A stretch of 64,000 nt of DNA, taken from positions 375,633 to 439,632 of the forward strand of contig CAWJHV010000040.1 in NCBI GenBank assembly GCA_963842795.1, read 5' to 3'. Source of the stretch: an uncultured Solirubrobacterales bacterium. Its GTDB lineage: Bacteria; Actinomycetota; Thermoleophilia; Solirubrobacterales; 70-9. The position numbers and the translations under genes were made by a program. The notes under the pieces are model-generated. The model made no database searches and was not told where the DNA came from. It saw only the letters and a program-made list of their open reading frames with translations. Of the stretch, positions 18,564 through 28,878 are shown one piece after another. Position 1 is the first letter of the stretch. Each line of letters opens with the position of its first letter.

Positions 18564-19120
18564 CTGGATTCCTCGGAGCCCTCGCCCTTGTCGGCGGGCT
18601 CCTCGGACGCATCGGCCGGCTCGGCGTCCGCCTCGGCCGCCGCCTCGGGCGCCCCCTCGGCTTCGTCCTCGCCGCCCTCCTCGGACGGCACCGGCTCGGC
18701 CTCCTCCTGGCTCACGCCCTCGGAGTCGACCGCCTCGGCTTCGTCGGCCGTCGCGAGCACGAGGTCGTCCTCGATCCCCCAGCGGCGCTCGGCGACGCGG
18801 GCGCGCTTGCCGACCCTGCCGCGAAGGTAGTAGAGCTTCGCCCGCCGCACGTCGCCCCGGGCGACGACCTCGAGCCGCTCGATCTTCGGCGAGTGCACCG
18901 GGAACGTGCGCTCGACGCCGACCCCGAACGACTGCTTGCGGACGGTGAAGGTCTCGCGCGCTCCGCTGCCCTGGCGGGCGATGACGATCCCCTCGAAGAC
19001 CTGGGTCCGCCGGCGCGTGCCCTCGATCACCTGGAAGTGGACGCGCACGCGATCCCCCGCCTGAAAGCGCGGCACCTTCTTCAGCTGGCGCTGTTCGATG
19101 CTCTCGATGATCGTGCTCAT
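18560..19120 (-). CDS. rplS: 50S ribosomal protein L19 with a ~70-aa acidic C-terminal extension
   Basis: The conserved L19 core ([16 protein letters not shown]...[18 protein letters not shown]) is followed by an E/A/D/P/S-rich tail to 186 aa. Confidence 0.95.
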   Translation of the reverse strand: MSTIIESIEQRQLKKVPRFQAGDRVRVHFQVIEGTRRRTQVFEGIVIARQGSGARETFTVRKQSFGVGVERTFPVHSPKIERLEVVARGDVRRAKLYYLRGRVGKRARVAERRWGIEDDLVLATADEAEAVDSEGVSQEEAEPVPSEEGGEDEAEGAPEAAAEADAEPADASEEPADKGEGSEESS

Positions 19121-19160
19121 GGTGGCGTCGGCTCCGCAGGACCTTCCCGCCGAGAGCCGG

Positions 19161-19187
19161 AAAAAGCGCGGGACAGCTGCCCCGCGC
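19161..19187 (-). terminator. Intrinsic terminator between trmD and rplS
   Basis: Minus strand reads GCGCGGGGC-AGCT-GTCCCGCGC followed by TTTTTCC, with a canonical GC stem and a T5 tract. Confidence 0.6.
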
Positions 19188-19225
19188 CGGCGTCAGATAG
19201 TAGACAACTCCCTGGTAAGCGGCGG

Positions 19226-19900
19226 CTAAGGCCCCTCGGCGCCCGCGTAGCGGCTCGCGCTCTGGGCCCGGCGCCACTCGCGCACCCGCTCGTGATCGCC
19301 GGAGAGGAGCACCTCGGGCACCTTCCAGCCGCGGTAGCTGGAGGGCCGCGTGTAGTGCGGATACTCGGGCGCGCCGCCGAGCGCCGCGGAGAACGACTCC
19401 TCGATCGCGCTCTCCGCGTGCCCGAGCGATCCGGGCAGCTTGCGCAGGGCGGTGTCGGCGACCACCATCGCGGCGACCTCGCCGCCCGAGACGACGTACG
19501 GCCCGATCGAGACCGCGTCGTCGGCGAGGTGCTCGCGAACCCGCTCGTCGACGCCCTCGTAGCGACCGCACAGCAGCGCCAGATGCGGCTCGGCGGCGAG
19601 CTCGGCCGCCAGCGCGTCGTCGAGCGGCCGGCCGCCGGCGGAGAGCACGATCACCCGCGCCGGCGACGAGCCGTCGCCGTAGGCCGCCCGCAGCGCGGCG
19701 TCGACCACGTCCACCCGCAGCACCATCCCGGCGCCGCCCCCGTAGGGCGAGTCGTCGACCTGGCGGCCGGTGAGCGGGGTCGTGTCGCGGTAGTTGAAGA
19801 ACCGCAGCTCGGACCCGCACTCGACCGCATTCCGCACATGCCGCTGCCCCGAGAACCACTCGAACCACTCGGGAAAAAGAGTGAAGACGTCAATCCGCAT
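19226..19900 (-). CDS. trmD: tRNA (guanine37-N1)-methyltransferase
   Basis: MRIDVFTLFPEWF...VDDSPYGGGAGMVL...GRYEGVDERV blocks. Confidence 0.95.
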   Translation of the reverse strand: MRIDVFTLFPEWFEWFSGQRHVRNAVECGSELRFFNYRDTTPLTGRQVDDSPYGGGAGMVLRVDVVDAALRAAYGDGSSPARVIVLSAGGRPLDDALAAELAAEPHLALLCGRYEGVDERVREHLADDAVSIGPYVVSGGEVAAMVVADTALRKLPGSLGHAESAIEESFSAALGGAPEYPHYTRPSSYRGWKVPEVLLSGDHERVREWRRAQSASRYAGAEGP

Positions 19901-19930
19901 GAGCTCAGCGGCCTCGGCCGCGGCCCCGTT

Positions 19931-20167
19931 CTAATCCTCGACGATCTCGACCATCACGCGGCCCGCGTCCTCGGCGGTCGCGGCGGCCTTGGCGAGCGTG
20001 CGGATCGCGTTCGCGACGCGCCCGTCGCGGCCGATCACCCGGCCGAGGTCGTCGTCGGCTACGTGGACCTCGATCACCGTCCCGGCGTCGCCCTCGAGCT
20101 CGGTGACGCGGACCGCATCGGGGTCCTCGACCAGTGCCCGGACGCAGAACTCGACCAGTTCCCGCAT
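19931..20167 (-). CDS. KH-domain RNA-binding protein (YlqC/UPF0109 family)
   Basis: 78 aa with the GRVIGRDGRVANAIRTL KH motif, in the canonical position after rpsP. Confidence 0.85.
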   Translation of the reverse strand: MRELVEFCVRALVEDPDAVRVTELEGDAGTVIEVHVADDDLGRVIGRDGRVANAIRTLAKAAATAEDAGRVMVEIVED

Positions 20168-20175
20168 CCGCGCCG

Positions 20176-20427
20176 CTAGGTGCCCGAGGCCTGGATCCCC
20201 TTGGTGCGCAGGAGCGTCGCCACCGTGCGGGTGGGCTGCGCCCCGTGATCGAGCCAGTGACGCGCACGCTCCTCGTCGATCACGATCACCGAGGGGTCGG
20301 TCTGGGGGTTGTAGTGGCCGATCGTTTCGATCGTGCGCCCATCGCGCGGCGAGCGCCGGTCGGCCACGACCACGCGCCAGATCGGGTTCTTTCTCGAACC
20401 CACACGTCTGAGACGAATTCTCACCAT
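20176..20427 (-). CDS. rpsP: 30S ribosomal protein S16
   Basis: [41 protein letters not shown]. Confidence 0.95.
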   Translation of the reverse strand: MVRIRLRRVGSRKNPIWRVVVADRRSPRDGRTIETIGHYNPQTDPSVIVIDEERARHWLDHGAQPTRTVATLLRTKGIQASGT

Positions 20428-20458
20428 TGCGGCGCAGGAGGTTAGCGGGCGGACCGCG

Positions 20459-21799
<1,341 letters not shown>

Positions 21800-22002
21800 C
21801 GGGCGCTCAGCTTAGGCGACCGGGGCCGGACTGCCTACGATCGCGCCCGGACCCGCGCCGGCGCTGAGGCTCGAAACGCCTACTTTGCTGGTGAGGGAGG
21901 GCCTGGATGAAGCGCGTGCGCCCGATCCATCGACTGAGTGATCTTGGGCCTATAGCGACCAAGAAACCTCACTCGTGTGATGGGCCCAGACCGGCCCGGC
22001 TA

Positions 22003-22989
22003 CTACTCGTCCAACAAGGCGTGCGCAAAGGCCTTCGCGTCGAAGGGGCGCAGGTCCTCGATCGACTCGCCGACGCCGATCAGCTTCACCGGGATGCCGA
22101 GCTCGCCCGCGATCGCGAGCGCGATCCCGCCCTTGGCGGTGCCGTCGAGCTTGGTCAGCACGACGCCGCTGACGTCGACCGCGTCGGCGAAGGCGCGCGC
22201 CTGTCGGAGGCCGTTCTGGCCGGTGGTCGCATCGATCACGATCAGGGTCTCGTGCGGGGCGCCCTCGAGCCTCTTGCTCGCCACCCGGCCCACCTTGGTG
22301 AGCTCGTCCATCAGGTTTCCGTGCGTGTGCAGGCGGCCGGCCGTGTCGACGATCACCACGTCGGCGCCGCGCGCCTCGGCGGCGGCGAGCGCGTCGAAGA
22401 CGACGGCTCCCGGATCGCCGCCGGGGTTGCCGCGCACGATCTCTGTCCCGGCGCGCTCGGCCCAGGTCTCGAGCTGCTCGATCGCCGCCGCGCGGTAGGT
22501 GTCGGCGGCGGCGACGATCACCTGCAGGCCGAAGCGCTCCTTGAGCACCGAGGCGAGCTTGCCGATCGTCGTCGTCTTCCCGGTTCCGTTGACCCCGACG
22601 ACCATGATCACCGCCGGCCCGCCACTGAGGTCGAGCGTCGGCGCCTCGGGCGAGGCGATCTCGGCCAGCAGCTCGACCAGCCGCTCCCGGGTCGCCTCCG
22701 GGCCGCTCACCGCTCCTGATTCGACCTCGGCCTCGAGCCTGCCGACGACGTCGGCGGTCGCCTTGGCGCCGACGTCGGCGAGGATCAGCGCCTCCTCCAG
22801 CCGCTCCCAGGTCTCCTCGTCGATCTGGTCGAAGAGGCTCGCGGAGAGCTCGGCGCGCAACGCCTGGCGGCTCTTCGACAGCCGCTCGCGCAGGCGCGCG
22901 AATCGGCCGCCCCGCTCGGGCTCGTCTGCGGCCGCGGCGACGTCGGGCGGCGGCCCGGCGGCGCTCGGGATCAGCTCCTCCCACTCCAT
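22003..22989 (-). CDS. ftsY: Signal recognition particle receptor FtsY
   Basis: 328 aa with GVNGTGKTTT, DTAGRLH and TKLDGTAKGG. Confidence 0.95.
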   Translation of the reverse strand: MEWEELIPSAAGPPPDVAAAADEPERGGRFARLRERLSKSRQALRAELSASLFDQIDEETWERLEEALILADVGAKATADVVGRLEAEVESGAVSGPEATRERLVELLAEIASPEAPTLDLSGGPAVIMVVGVNGTGKTTTIGKLASVLKERFGLQVIVAAADTYRAAAIEQLETWAERAGTEIVRGNPGGDPGAVVFDALAAAEARGADVVIVDTAGRLHTHGNLMDELTKVGRVASKRLEGAPHETLIVIDATTGQNGLRQARAFADAVDVSGVVLTKLDGTAKGGIALAIAGELGIPVKLIGVGESIEDLRPFDAKAFAHALLDE

Positions 22990-23020
22990 CGCGGGCGGGA
23001 GGGTACTCAGCGCCCGGTGC

Positions 23021-25420
23021 TCAAGCCGCTTCGGTCGCCTCGTCGAGGGCGGTCTGCTCGGGCTCGGATTCGAACTTGCGCGAGACGACCTTGGTCACCC
23101 CGCCCTTGCCCATCGAGACGCCGTAGAGCACGTGGGCAGCGTCCATGGTGCGCTTCTGGTGGGTGACGATGATGAACTGGGCCCGGTCCGAGAAACGGTC
23201 GACGAGCTGCAGGAAGCGGTCGATGTTGGCGTCGTCGAGCGCCGCCTCGACCTCGTCGAGGATGTAGAAGGGCGAGGGGCGGGCGAGGAAGACGGCGAAG
23301 ACGAAGGCGAGCGCGACCAGCGCCTTCTCGCCGCCGGAGAGCAGCGACAGGCGCCGGGTGGCCTTGCCCGCGGGCGTGACCTCGATCTCGACCCCCTGGG
23401 ATGAGAACTCGTCCTCCTCCTCCTCGGAACCGGGCTCCCCCTCCTCGGCGGACGGCTCGCCTGCATCGGGCTGCGGCTCGGCGCCGCCAAGCACCGGCTT
23501 CGGCCCGCGCCGGTCGTCGACCAGGCGCAGGCGCCCGCGGCCGCCCGGGAACAGGTGCTCGACCAGCTCCTCGAAGTTGCGCTCGGTCGCCTCGAACGTC
23601 TGCTCGAACGCGGCGGCGATCTTGCGGTCGGTCTCGCGGATCAGGCCCTGGAGCTCCGAGAGCGCGGACTCGAGGTCGGCGCGCTGGGTCTCGAGGCTCT
23701 CGACGTGGGCGAGCGCCTGCTCGTACTCGCGCTCGGCCAGGGGGTTGACGGGGCCGAGCGCCTCGCGCCGGCGGGCGACCCGCTGGAGCTTCGCCTCGAC
23801 CTCCGCTCGCTCCTCCTCTGTGAGCGGCTCGGCGGGCGCGTCGAGGGCCCGGCCGACCGTGGCCGCGAGGCGTTCGAGCTCGGCCGCCGCCTCACCGCGG
23901 CGTTCGCCGAGGTGGGCGACCCGGACCTCGGCCTCGGTCACCGCCTCGGCCGCCGATCGCAGCTGCGCCTGCAGCTCGGCCTCCTCGCGCGAGCAGGCGC
24001 GCAGCTGGTCGGCGAGGGCGTCCTCGCCGCTTTCGCCGAGCATCCGCCGCTCGACCGTCGCCGCCCGCGAGCCCACGGCGTCGCGGACGTCGGCGGCGGC
24101 CTCACAGAGATCGGCGAGCGCGGCGACCAGCGCCGCCTCGCGCTCGAGCCGGCCGGCCAGCGAGCCCTGGGTGCCGCCGCCGAGCATGTCCTCGACCCGG
24201 CGCGCGGTCTGCGCGGCGCGCTCGGCCGCCTGCCGCACGCGGGCGAGCTCGGCGGCGCGCCCGGCGTCGGTGTCCGCCTCGCGGGCGGCGGCGAGGGCCG
24301 CGAGGGCAACGTCGAGTTCCTCGCCGACGCGCTCGATCCCCGCACCCGCGGGATCGTCGCCGGCCCCGGCGCCGGCGGCCCCGGCGAGCTCCTCGGCCAG
24401 CGCGCCGAGTGTCGCCCGCCGGCGCTCCAGGCCCCGCGCGAGCTCCGCCCGCCGGTTGGCGAGCGCCTCCGCGCGGACGCTGATCCGCTCATGCGCGGCG
24501 CGGATCGCGGTGAGCCGCCCCCACGCCTCGGTGCGTTCGCTCTCGCGCCCGGAAAGTTGCTCCTCGATCCCGGCCCGCCGCTCGGCGACCTTGGCCAAAC
24601 TGCCGTCGAGCTCACCGCGCGCCTCGCGTGCCGTGCCCGCCCTCGCCTCGGCGGCCCCGAGCTCGTCCTCGTGGCCCCGGAGCTCGGAGGCGAGCAACCG
24701 GGCGCGCAGCTCGGCCGCCTGGCGCTCGAGCCGCGCGTGGATGTCGGCGGCCTCGGCCTGGCGCTTGAGCGGCCGCAGCGACTTGCGCGCCTCGCGCTCG
24801 ACGTCGAGCGCCCGGTCGAGGTTGTCCTGCGTGCGCTCGAGCTTGAGCTGCGCGCGGCGGCGCCGCTTTCGATGCTTGCCGAGCCCGGCGGCCTCTTCGA
24901 CCAGCAGCCGTCGATCGCGCGGCGCCGAGAGCACGATCTCCTCCACCCGGCCCTGGCTGATCACCGAGTGCATCTCACGGCCGAGGTTGGCGTCGGAGAG
25001 GATCTCGATCACGTCGGCGAGCCGCGCCCGGGCGCCGTTGATCCGGTACGAGCCCTCCCCCCCGCGCTCGAGCCGCCTCTGGATCGCAACGGAGGAAAAG
25101 CCGGCCACGTCCTCGGCTTCGCCCGCGGACGCGCCGGGAGCGCGGAACGACGCATCGTCGTCGGCGTCGAGCACCACCTCGACCTCGGCGTAGCGGCTCG
25201 GGCCGATGCCCTCCCCGCCGGCGTAGATCATGTCCTGCATCGTCTGCCCCCGGACGCTGAGCGGGCTCTGCTCGCCGAGCGCCCAGAGCACCGCGTCGGT
25301 GACGTTCGACTTCCCGCATCCGTTCGGGCCGACGATCACGCTGACGCCGGGCGAGAACACGAGCGTGGTGCGCTCGGGGAAGGACTTGAAGCCCTTGATC
25401 GTGATCGAGCTCAGGTGCAT
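23021..25420 (-). CDS. smc: SMC-type chromosome segregation ATPase, unusually short (799 aa)
   Basis: N-terminal head IKGFKSF...GPNGCGKSN and C-terminal head LSGGEKALVALAFVFA...YILDEVEAALD. It sits in the canonical rnc-smc-ftsY position. Only ~365 aa lie between the head halves. Confidence 0.85.
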   Translation of the reverse strand: MHLSSITIKGFKSFPERTTLVFSPGVSVIVGPNGCGKSNVTDAVLWALGEQSPLSVRGQTMQDMIYAGGEGIGPSRYAEVEVVLDADDDASFRAPGASAGEAEDVAGFSSVAIQRRLERGGEGSYRINGARARLADVIEILSDANLGREMHSVISQGRVEEIVLSAPRDRRLLVEEAAGLGKHRKRRRRAQLKLERTQDNLDRALDVEREARKSLRPLKRQAEAADIHARLERQAAELRARLLASELRGHEDELGAAEARAGTAREARGELDGSLAKVAERRAGIEEQLSGRESERTEAWGRLTAIRAAHERISVRAEALANRRAELARGLERRRATLGALAEELAGAAGAGAGDDPAGAGIERVGEELDVALAALAAAREADTDAGRAAELARVRQAAERAAQTARRVEDMLGGGTQGSLAGRLEREAALVAALADLCEAAADVRDAVGSRAATVERRMLGESGEDALADQLRACSREEAELQAQLRSAAEAVTEAEVRVAHLGERRGEAAAELERLAATVGRALDAPAEPLTEEERAEVEAKLQRVARRREALGPVNPLAEREYEQALAHVESLETQRADLESALSELQGLIRETDRKIAAAFEQTFEATERNFEELVEHLFPGGRGRLRLVDDRRGPKPVLGGAEPQPDAGEPSAEEGEPGSEEEEDEFSSQGVEIEVTPAGKATRRLSLLSGGEKALVALAFVFAVFLARPSPFYILDEVEAALDDANIDRFLQLVDRFSDRAQFIIVTHQKRTMDAAHVLYGVSMGKGGVTKVVSRKFESEPEQTALDEATEAA

Positions 25421-25474
25421 GGTCTGCGGCGCGCTTCGGGAAGACTCGCGACCGGGCCGGACGCCATCGTGCGG

Positions 25475-26224
25475 CTACTCGAAGCCGTCGAGGGCTTCGG
25501 AGGCCGCCGCCTGCTCGGCCGCCTTCTTCGACCGTCCGGAACCGTGCCCGAGGACCTCACCGCTGACGCTGGCGACGACCTCGAACACCCGATCGTGCGG
25601 AGGGCCTGACTCACCCGTGACCTCGTACTTGACCCGGCTGCCGGCGCGGGCGAGCCGCTCCTGGAGCGCCGACTTGAAGTCCAGCAGGCGTTCGGAGGCG
25701 ATCTCGATCTCGTTCGCGAACGCGGCCACCGTCGCCTCGGCGGTGGTCTCGAAGCCGTGGTGCAGGTAGCACGCGCCGATCACCGCCTCGCACACCGAGG
25801 CCAGCGCGCGCTCGGAGGCGAGCAGCGCCTCGACGTCGATGCCGCCGTCGACCCGCCCCGGCGCCGCGTCGGTGAGCAGCTCGGGAACCCCGAGCTCGCC
25901 GGCGACCTCCGCGCACGCCCGGCCGCTGACGGCCTGGCCGTGCATCTTCGTCAGCCTGCCGATGTCGGCCCGCGGATAGCGGCGGAAGAGATGCTCGGCC
26001 AGCGCCAGCCCGAGCACGCTGTCGCCGAGGAAGGCGAGCCTGCCGTACGAGTCGGCCCGGTGCTCGACCCAGGAGGAGTGGGTCAGCGCCTGGCGCCGCA
26101 GGGTCAGGGGCAGCCCGTCGAGCAGCTCCCGCAGCGCCTCGGGGCCGTCCGTGGGTGCGGCCGTGGCCGTGGCCGCACGCCGGCTCCGGCTCCCCCGGGC
26201 GAGCCTGCGGATGCCGCGCGCCAT
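25475..26224 (-). CDS. rnc: Ribonuclease III
   Basis: RNase III signature [18 protein letters not shown] and a C-terminal dsRBD ([10 protein letters not shown]...[14 protein letters not shown]). Confidence 0.95.
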   Translation of the reverse strand: MARGIRRLARGSRSRRAATATAAPTDGPEALRELLDGLPLTLRRQALTHSSWVEHRADSYGRLAFLGDSVLGLALAEHLFRRYPRADIGRLTKMHGQAVSGRACAEVAGELGVPELLTDAAPGRVDGGIDVEALLASERALASVCEAVIGACYLHHGFETTAEATVAAFANEIEIASERLLDFKSALQERLARAGSRVKYEVTGESGPPHDRVFEVVASVSGEVLGHGSGRSKKAAEQAAASEALDGFE

Positions 26225-26227
26225 CGC

Positions 26228-26479
26228 TCAGACGGGCAGGCGCTCGAAGACGAAGTCGACCGCGTCGCCGACGGTCGCGATCCTCGCCGTCTCCTCGTTG
26301 CTGACCTTGACGCCGTAGGAGTCCTCGAGCTCCATCACGAGCTCGTAGAGGTCGAGCGAGTCCGCGTCGAGGTCCTCGCGGAAGCGAGTCGACGCGGCGA
26401 TCTCGCCGGGGTCGACCTCGAGCTCGGCCGCCAGGTGCTCGCGGACCTTCTCCATCACCTCGTCACGGCTCATCGTCAT
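26228..26479 (-). CDS. acpP: Acyl carrier protein
   Basis: 83 aa with DLDADSLDLYELVMELE (phosphopantetheine Ser in DSL). ATGA overlap with the plsX stop. Confidence 0.9.
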   Translation of the reverse strand: MTMSRDEVMEKVREHLAAELEVDPGEIAASTRFREDLDADSLDLYELVMELEDSYGVKVSNEETARIATVGDAVDFVFERLPV

Positions 26480-27504
26480 CCGGCCTCCTTCCTATCACGC
26501 ATCGCTCCTCGGGTCGTCCCCGAGCTCTGAAGCAGCTCCGCCATCCGCTCGACCGCCCGGCTCTCGACCGCCCGGGCCGCGAGGCGGACCGCGTTCGCGA
26601 TCCCCTCGGCGCCAGAGCTCCCGTGGCCGACAACGGCGACCCCGCGGAGGCCGAGCAGGATCGCGCCCCCGGTGGCGTCGGGGTCCATCTCGCGCCGCAG
26701 GCCGCCGAGCGCCGGGCGCAGCAGCAGGCCGCCGACGGTCGCAACCGGGTTCGAGCGCGCGGCGGCGCTGACGGCGCCGGCGACCGCGAGCGCCGTGCCC
26801 TCGATCGTCTTCAGCGCGACGTTGCCGGTGAAGCCGTCGGTGACCACGACGTCGGCCTCGCCGCCGAGCAGGTCGCGTCCCTCGATGTTGCCGCGGAAGT
26901 CGAGCTCGGTCGCGCCGGTGAGCTCGGCATGGGCGTCGACGACCTCCGCGGTGCCCTTCTTCGGCTCCTCGCCGACCGACAGCAACGCCACGCGCGGGCG
27001 CTCGACGCCGAGCACGGTGCGGCTGAAGGCGGCGCCGAGGTATGCGAACTGGACCAGGTCGCCGGTGCGCACCTCGGCGTTGGCGCCGGCGTCGAGGAGC
27101 AACGTCGGCGGGTGGTCGCGCCCCGGGACGGCGAGCTGGACGGCGAGCGCCGGACGGCGGACTCCGCGCGCGCGCCGCAGCGCGAACAGGGCGGCGGTCA
27201 TCGTCGCGCCGGTCGGGCCGGCGCTGACCAGCGCCTGCGAGCCGCCCTCGGCGACGTCGGCGGCGGCGAGCACGATGGAGGCGTCGGTCGCCTCGCGCAC
27301 GGCGCCGACCGGGTCCTCGTCGTTGGTGATCTCCCCCGCGGCCGCGATCACCTCGGCGCCGTCCACGTCGGCGAGGGCGGCGAGTCGTTCGGGATCGCCG
27401 AACACCCGCACTCCGATTCCGTCCGCTGCGGCCGCCCGCGCCCCGGCGACGATCACGTCCGGCCCCCGCTCGGCCCCCCGGCCGTCGAGGGCAACGGTTG
27501 TCAC
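26476..27504 (-). CDS. plsX: Phosphate acyltransferase PlsX
   Basis: 342 aa with typical PlsX blocks (DGFTGNVALKT, GLRGVAVVGHGSS). Confidence 0.95.
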   Translation of the reverse strand: MTTVALDGRGAERGPDVIVAGARAAAADGIGVRVFGDPERLAALADVDGAEVIAAAGEITNDEDPVGAVREATDASIVLAAADVAEGGSQALVSAGPTGATMTAALFALRRARGVRRPALAVQLAVPGRDHPPTLLLDAGANAEVRTGDLVQFAYLGAAFSRTVLGVERPRVALLSVGEEPKKGTAEVVDAHAELTGATELDFRGNIEGRDLLGGEADVVVTDGFTGNVALKTIEGTALAVAGAVSAAARSNPVATVGGLLLRPALGGLRREMDPDATGGAILLGLRGVAVVGHGSSGAEGIANAVRLAARAVESRAVERMAELLQSSGTTRGAMRDRKEAG

Positions 27505-27508
27505 AGGG

Positions 27509-27718
27509 CTACTCCGCGGCGCCGGGCGAGTCGCCCTCGCCGATCTCGTGCACGATCACCTCGCGCCCGGCATACGTGCCGCATACGGGGCAGACGCGGT
27601 GCGGCAGGCGTGGGCTGTGGCAGCGTGGGCACTCGTTCAGGCGCGGCTTCGCCGCGGTGTGCGTGGCGCGGCGCTTGTCGCGCCGCTGCGAGGACTGTCG
27701 TTTCTTCGGGACGGCCAT
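27509..27718 (-). CDS. rpmF: 50S ribosomal protein L32
   Basis: MAVPKKRQSSQRRDKRRA... with the CPRC...CPVC zinc ribbon. Confidence 0.95.
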   Translation of the reverse strand: MAVPKKRQSSQRRDKRRATHTAAKPRLNECPRCHSPRLPHRVCPVCGTYAGREVIVHEIGEGDSPGAAE

Positions 27719-27758
27719 GGCGACGCGGAATGGTAGCCCGTCGCGGTCGCGCGGGCGT

Positions 27759-28277
27759 TCAGTCGAGCTTCAGCTCGCGGAGCTTCGCCCATCGCGGGTC
27801 GGGCTCGCTCGGGTGGTCGTGCGCGCCCGGCGCGGCGTCGTTGAGCCGCTCGCCGCAGACCGGGCAGAGGCCGAGGCAGTCGGGCCGGCAGAGCAATTGC
27901 TGCGGTACCGACAGCACGAGCGAGTCGTGCGCCCAGGCGCTGAGGTCGAGTTCCCCCTCCTCCACGTAGGGGCTGCGCAGCTCCTCGTCGTCGGTCCCCG
28001 GCTGGTCGACCTCGCGCGCCTCGACCTCCACCGGAACCCGCGCCTCTGCGAGGCAGCGCATGCACGGGCCGGTGACCTCACCCTCGAACGTGAGCCGCAG
28101 CGCGTAACCCGTGGCGGTCCGCGAGACGTCGAGCCGCGCCGGCACCGAGCCGGGCTCGACTGTGTACTCCTCGTCGGCCAGCCGGACCGACCCCGGGTCG
28201 AGCTCGATCTCCAGGCGCTTGCCGTCGCCCGGGCTGGGCGCGAGCCGGACGAGCTCGATGGTTGTATAAGCCGCCAT
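27759..28277 (-). CDS. YceD/DUF177 family protein
   Basis: 172 aa with the C-terminal CRPDCLGLCPVCGERLN motif, in the canonical position upstream of rpmF. Confidence 0.85.
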   Translation of the reverse strand: MAAYTTIELVRLAPSPGDGKRLEIELDPGSVRLADEEYTVEPGSVPARLDVSRTATGYALRLTFEGEVTGPCMRCLAEARVPVEVEAREVDQPGTDDEELRSPYVEEGELDLSAWAHDSLVLSVPQQLLCRPDCLGLCPVCGERLNDAAPGAHDHPSEPDPRWAKLRELKLD

Positions 28278-28308
28278 CCGAGTTCCCGATCGAGATTAGC
28301 GACGGCAG

Positions 28309-28878
28309 ATGACCCCAGCGGACGAGCACGCAGCCCAGTTCCACTTCACCCCCGACACCTACGCGGAGATGATCCGCGCCGACATCCCGCGCTACGACGA
28401 GCTCCAAAAGCGCGCGATCGACGCGATCCCGTTCGCCCCGGCGCGGGTGCTCGAGCTCGGCTTCGGCACCGCGGAGACCACCCAGCGGCTGCTCGATCGC
28501 TTTCCGGAGACGCGGATCACCGGCCTCGACTCGACCCCGGAGATGGTCTTCAAGGCCCGCGAGCTGGGCTGGGACGAAATGCGGCTCGGGCGGATGGAGG
28601 ACCCGCTCCCCGACGGCCCCTGGGACCTCGTGATCTCGGTGCTCTCCGTCCACCACCTCGACGCCGCGGGCAAGCGCGACCTCTTCCGCCGGGTCCGCAG
28701 CGAGGCTCGCTCCCTGGTGATCGGCGACGTGGTCGAGGTCGCGCCGGAGCGCCGGGTCGCCTCGCTCACCGAGGGCTTCGACCTTCCCTCCCCGGCGCCC
28801 GACCAGGCCGAGTGGTGCGGTGGCGAGGTGGTCTGGGAGGCCGACGACCTGGCGGTGATCCGGGCGACCTACGACTGA
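28309..28878 (+). CDS. Class I SAM-dependent methyltransferase
   Basis: Motif I VLELGFGTAETT and post-I ITGLDSTPEM. Confidence 0.8.
   Translation: MTPADEHAAQFHFTPDTYAEMIRADIPRYDELQKRAIDAIPFAPARVLELGFGTAETTQRLLDRFPETRITGLDSTPEMVFKARELGWDEMRLGRMEDPLPDGPWDLVISVLSVHHLDAAGKRDLFRRVRSEARSLVIGDVVEVAPERRVASLTEGFDLPSPAPDQAEWCGGEVVWEADDLAVIRATYD

Noticed and set aside
21800-22002. 203-nt ftsY-ffh spacer as a candidate ncRNA (for example SRP RNA)
   Set aside because: I could not find the conserved SRP RNA domain IV motifs or any extended pairing, only a weak 5-bp hairpin (CTTGG...CCAAG). It is more likely the ffh promoter/leader region. Left unannotated.
23021-25420. Reinterpreting the short SMC as RecN
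   Set aside because: The N-terminus (IKGFKSF...GPNGCGKSN), the LGPVNPLAEREY block and the rnc-smc-ftsY position are SMC hallmarks. RecN is ~550 aa with different head motifs.
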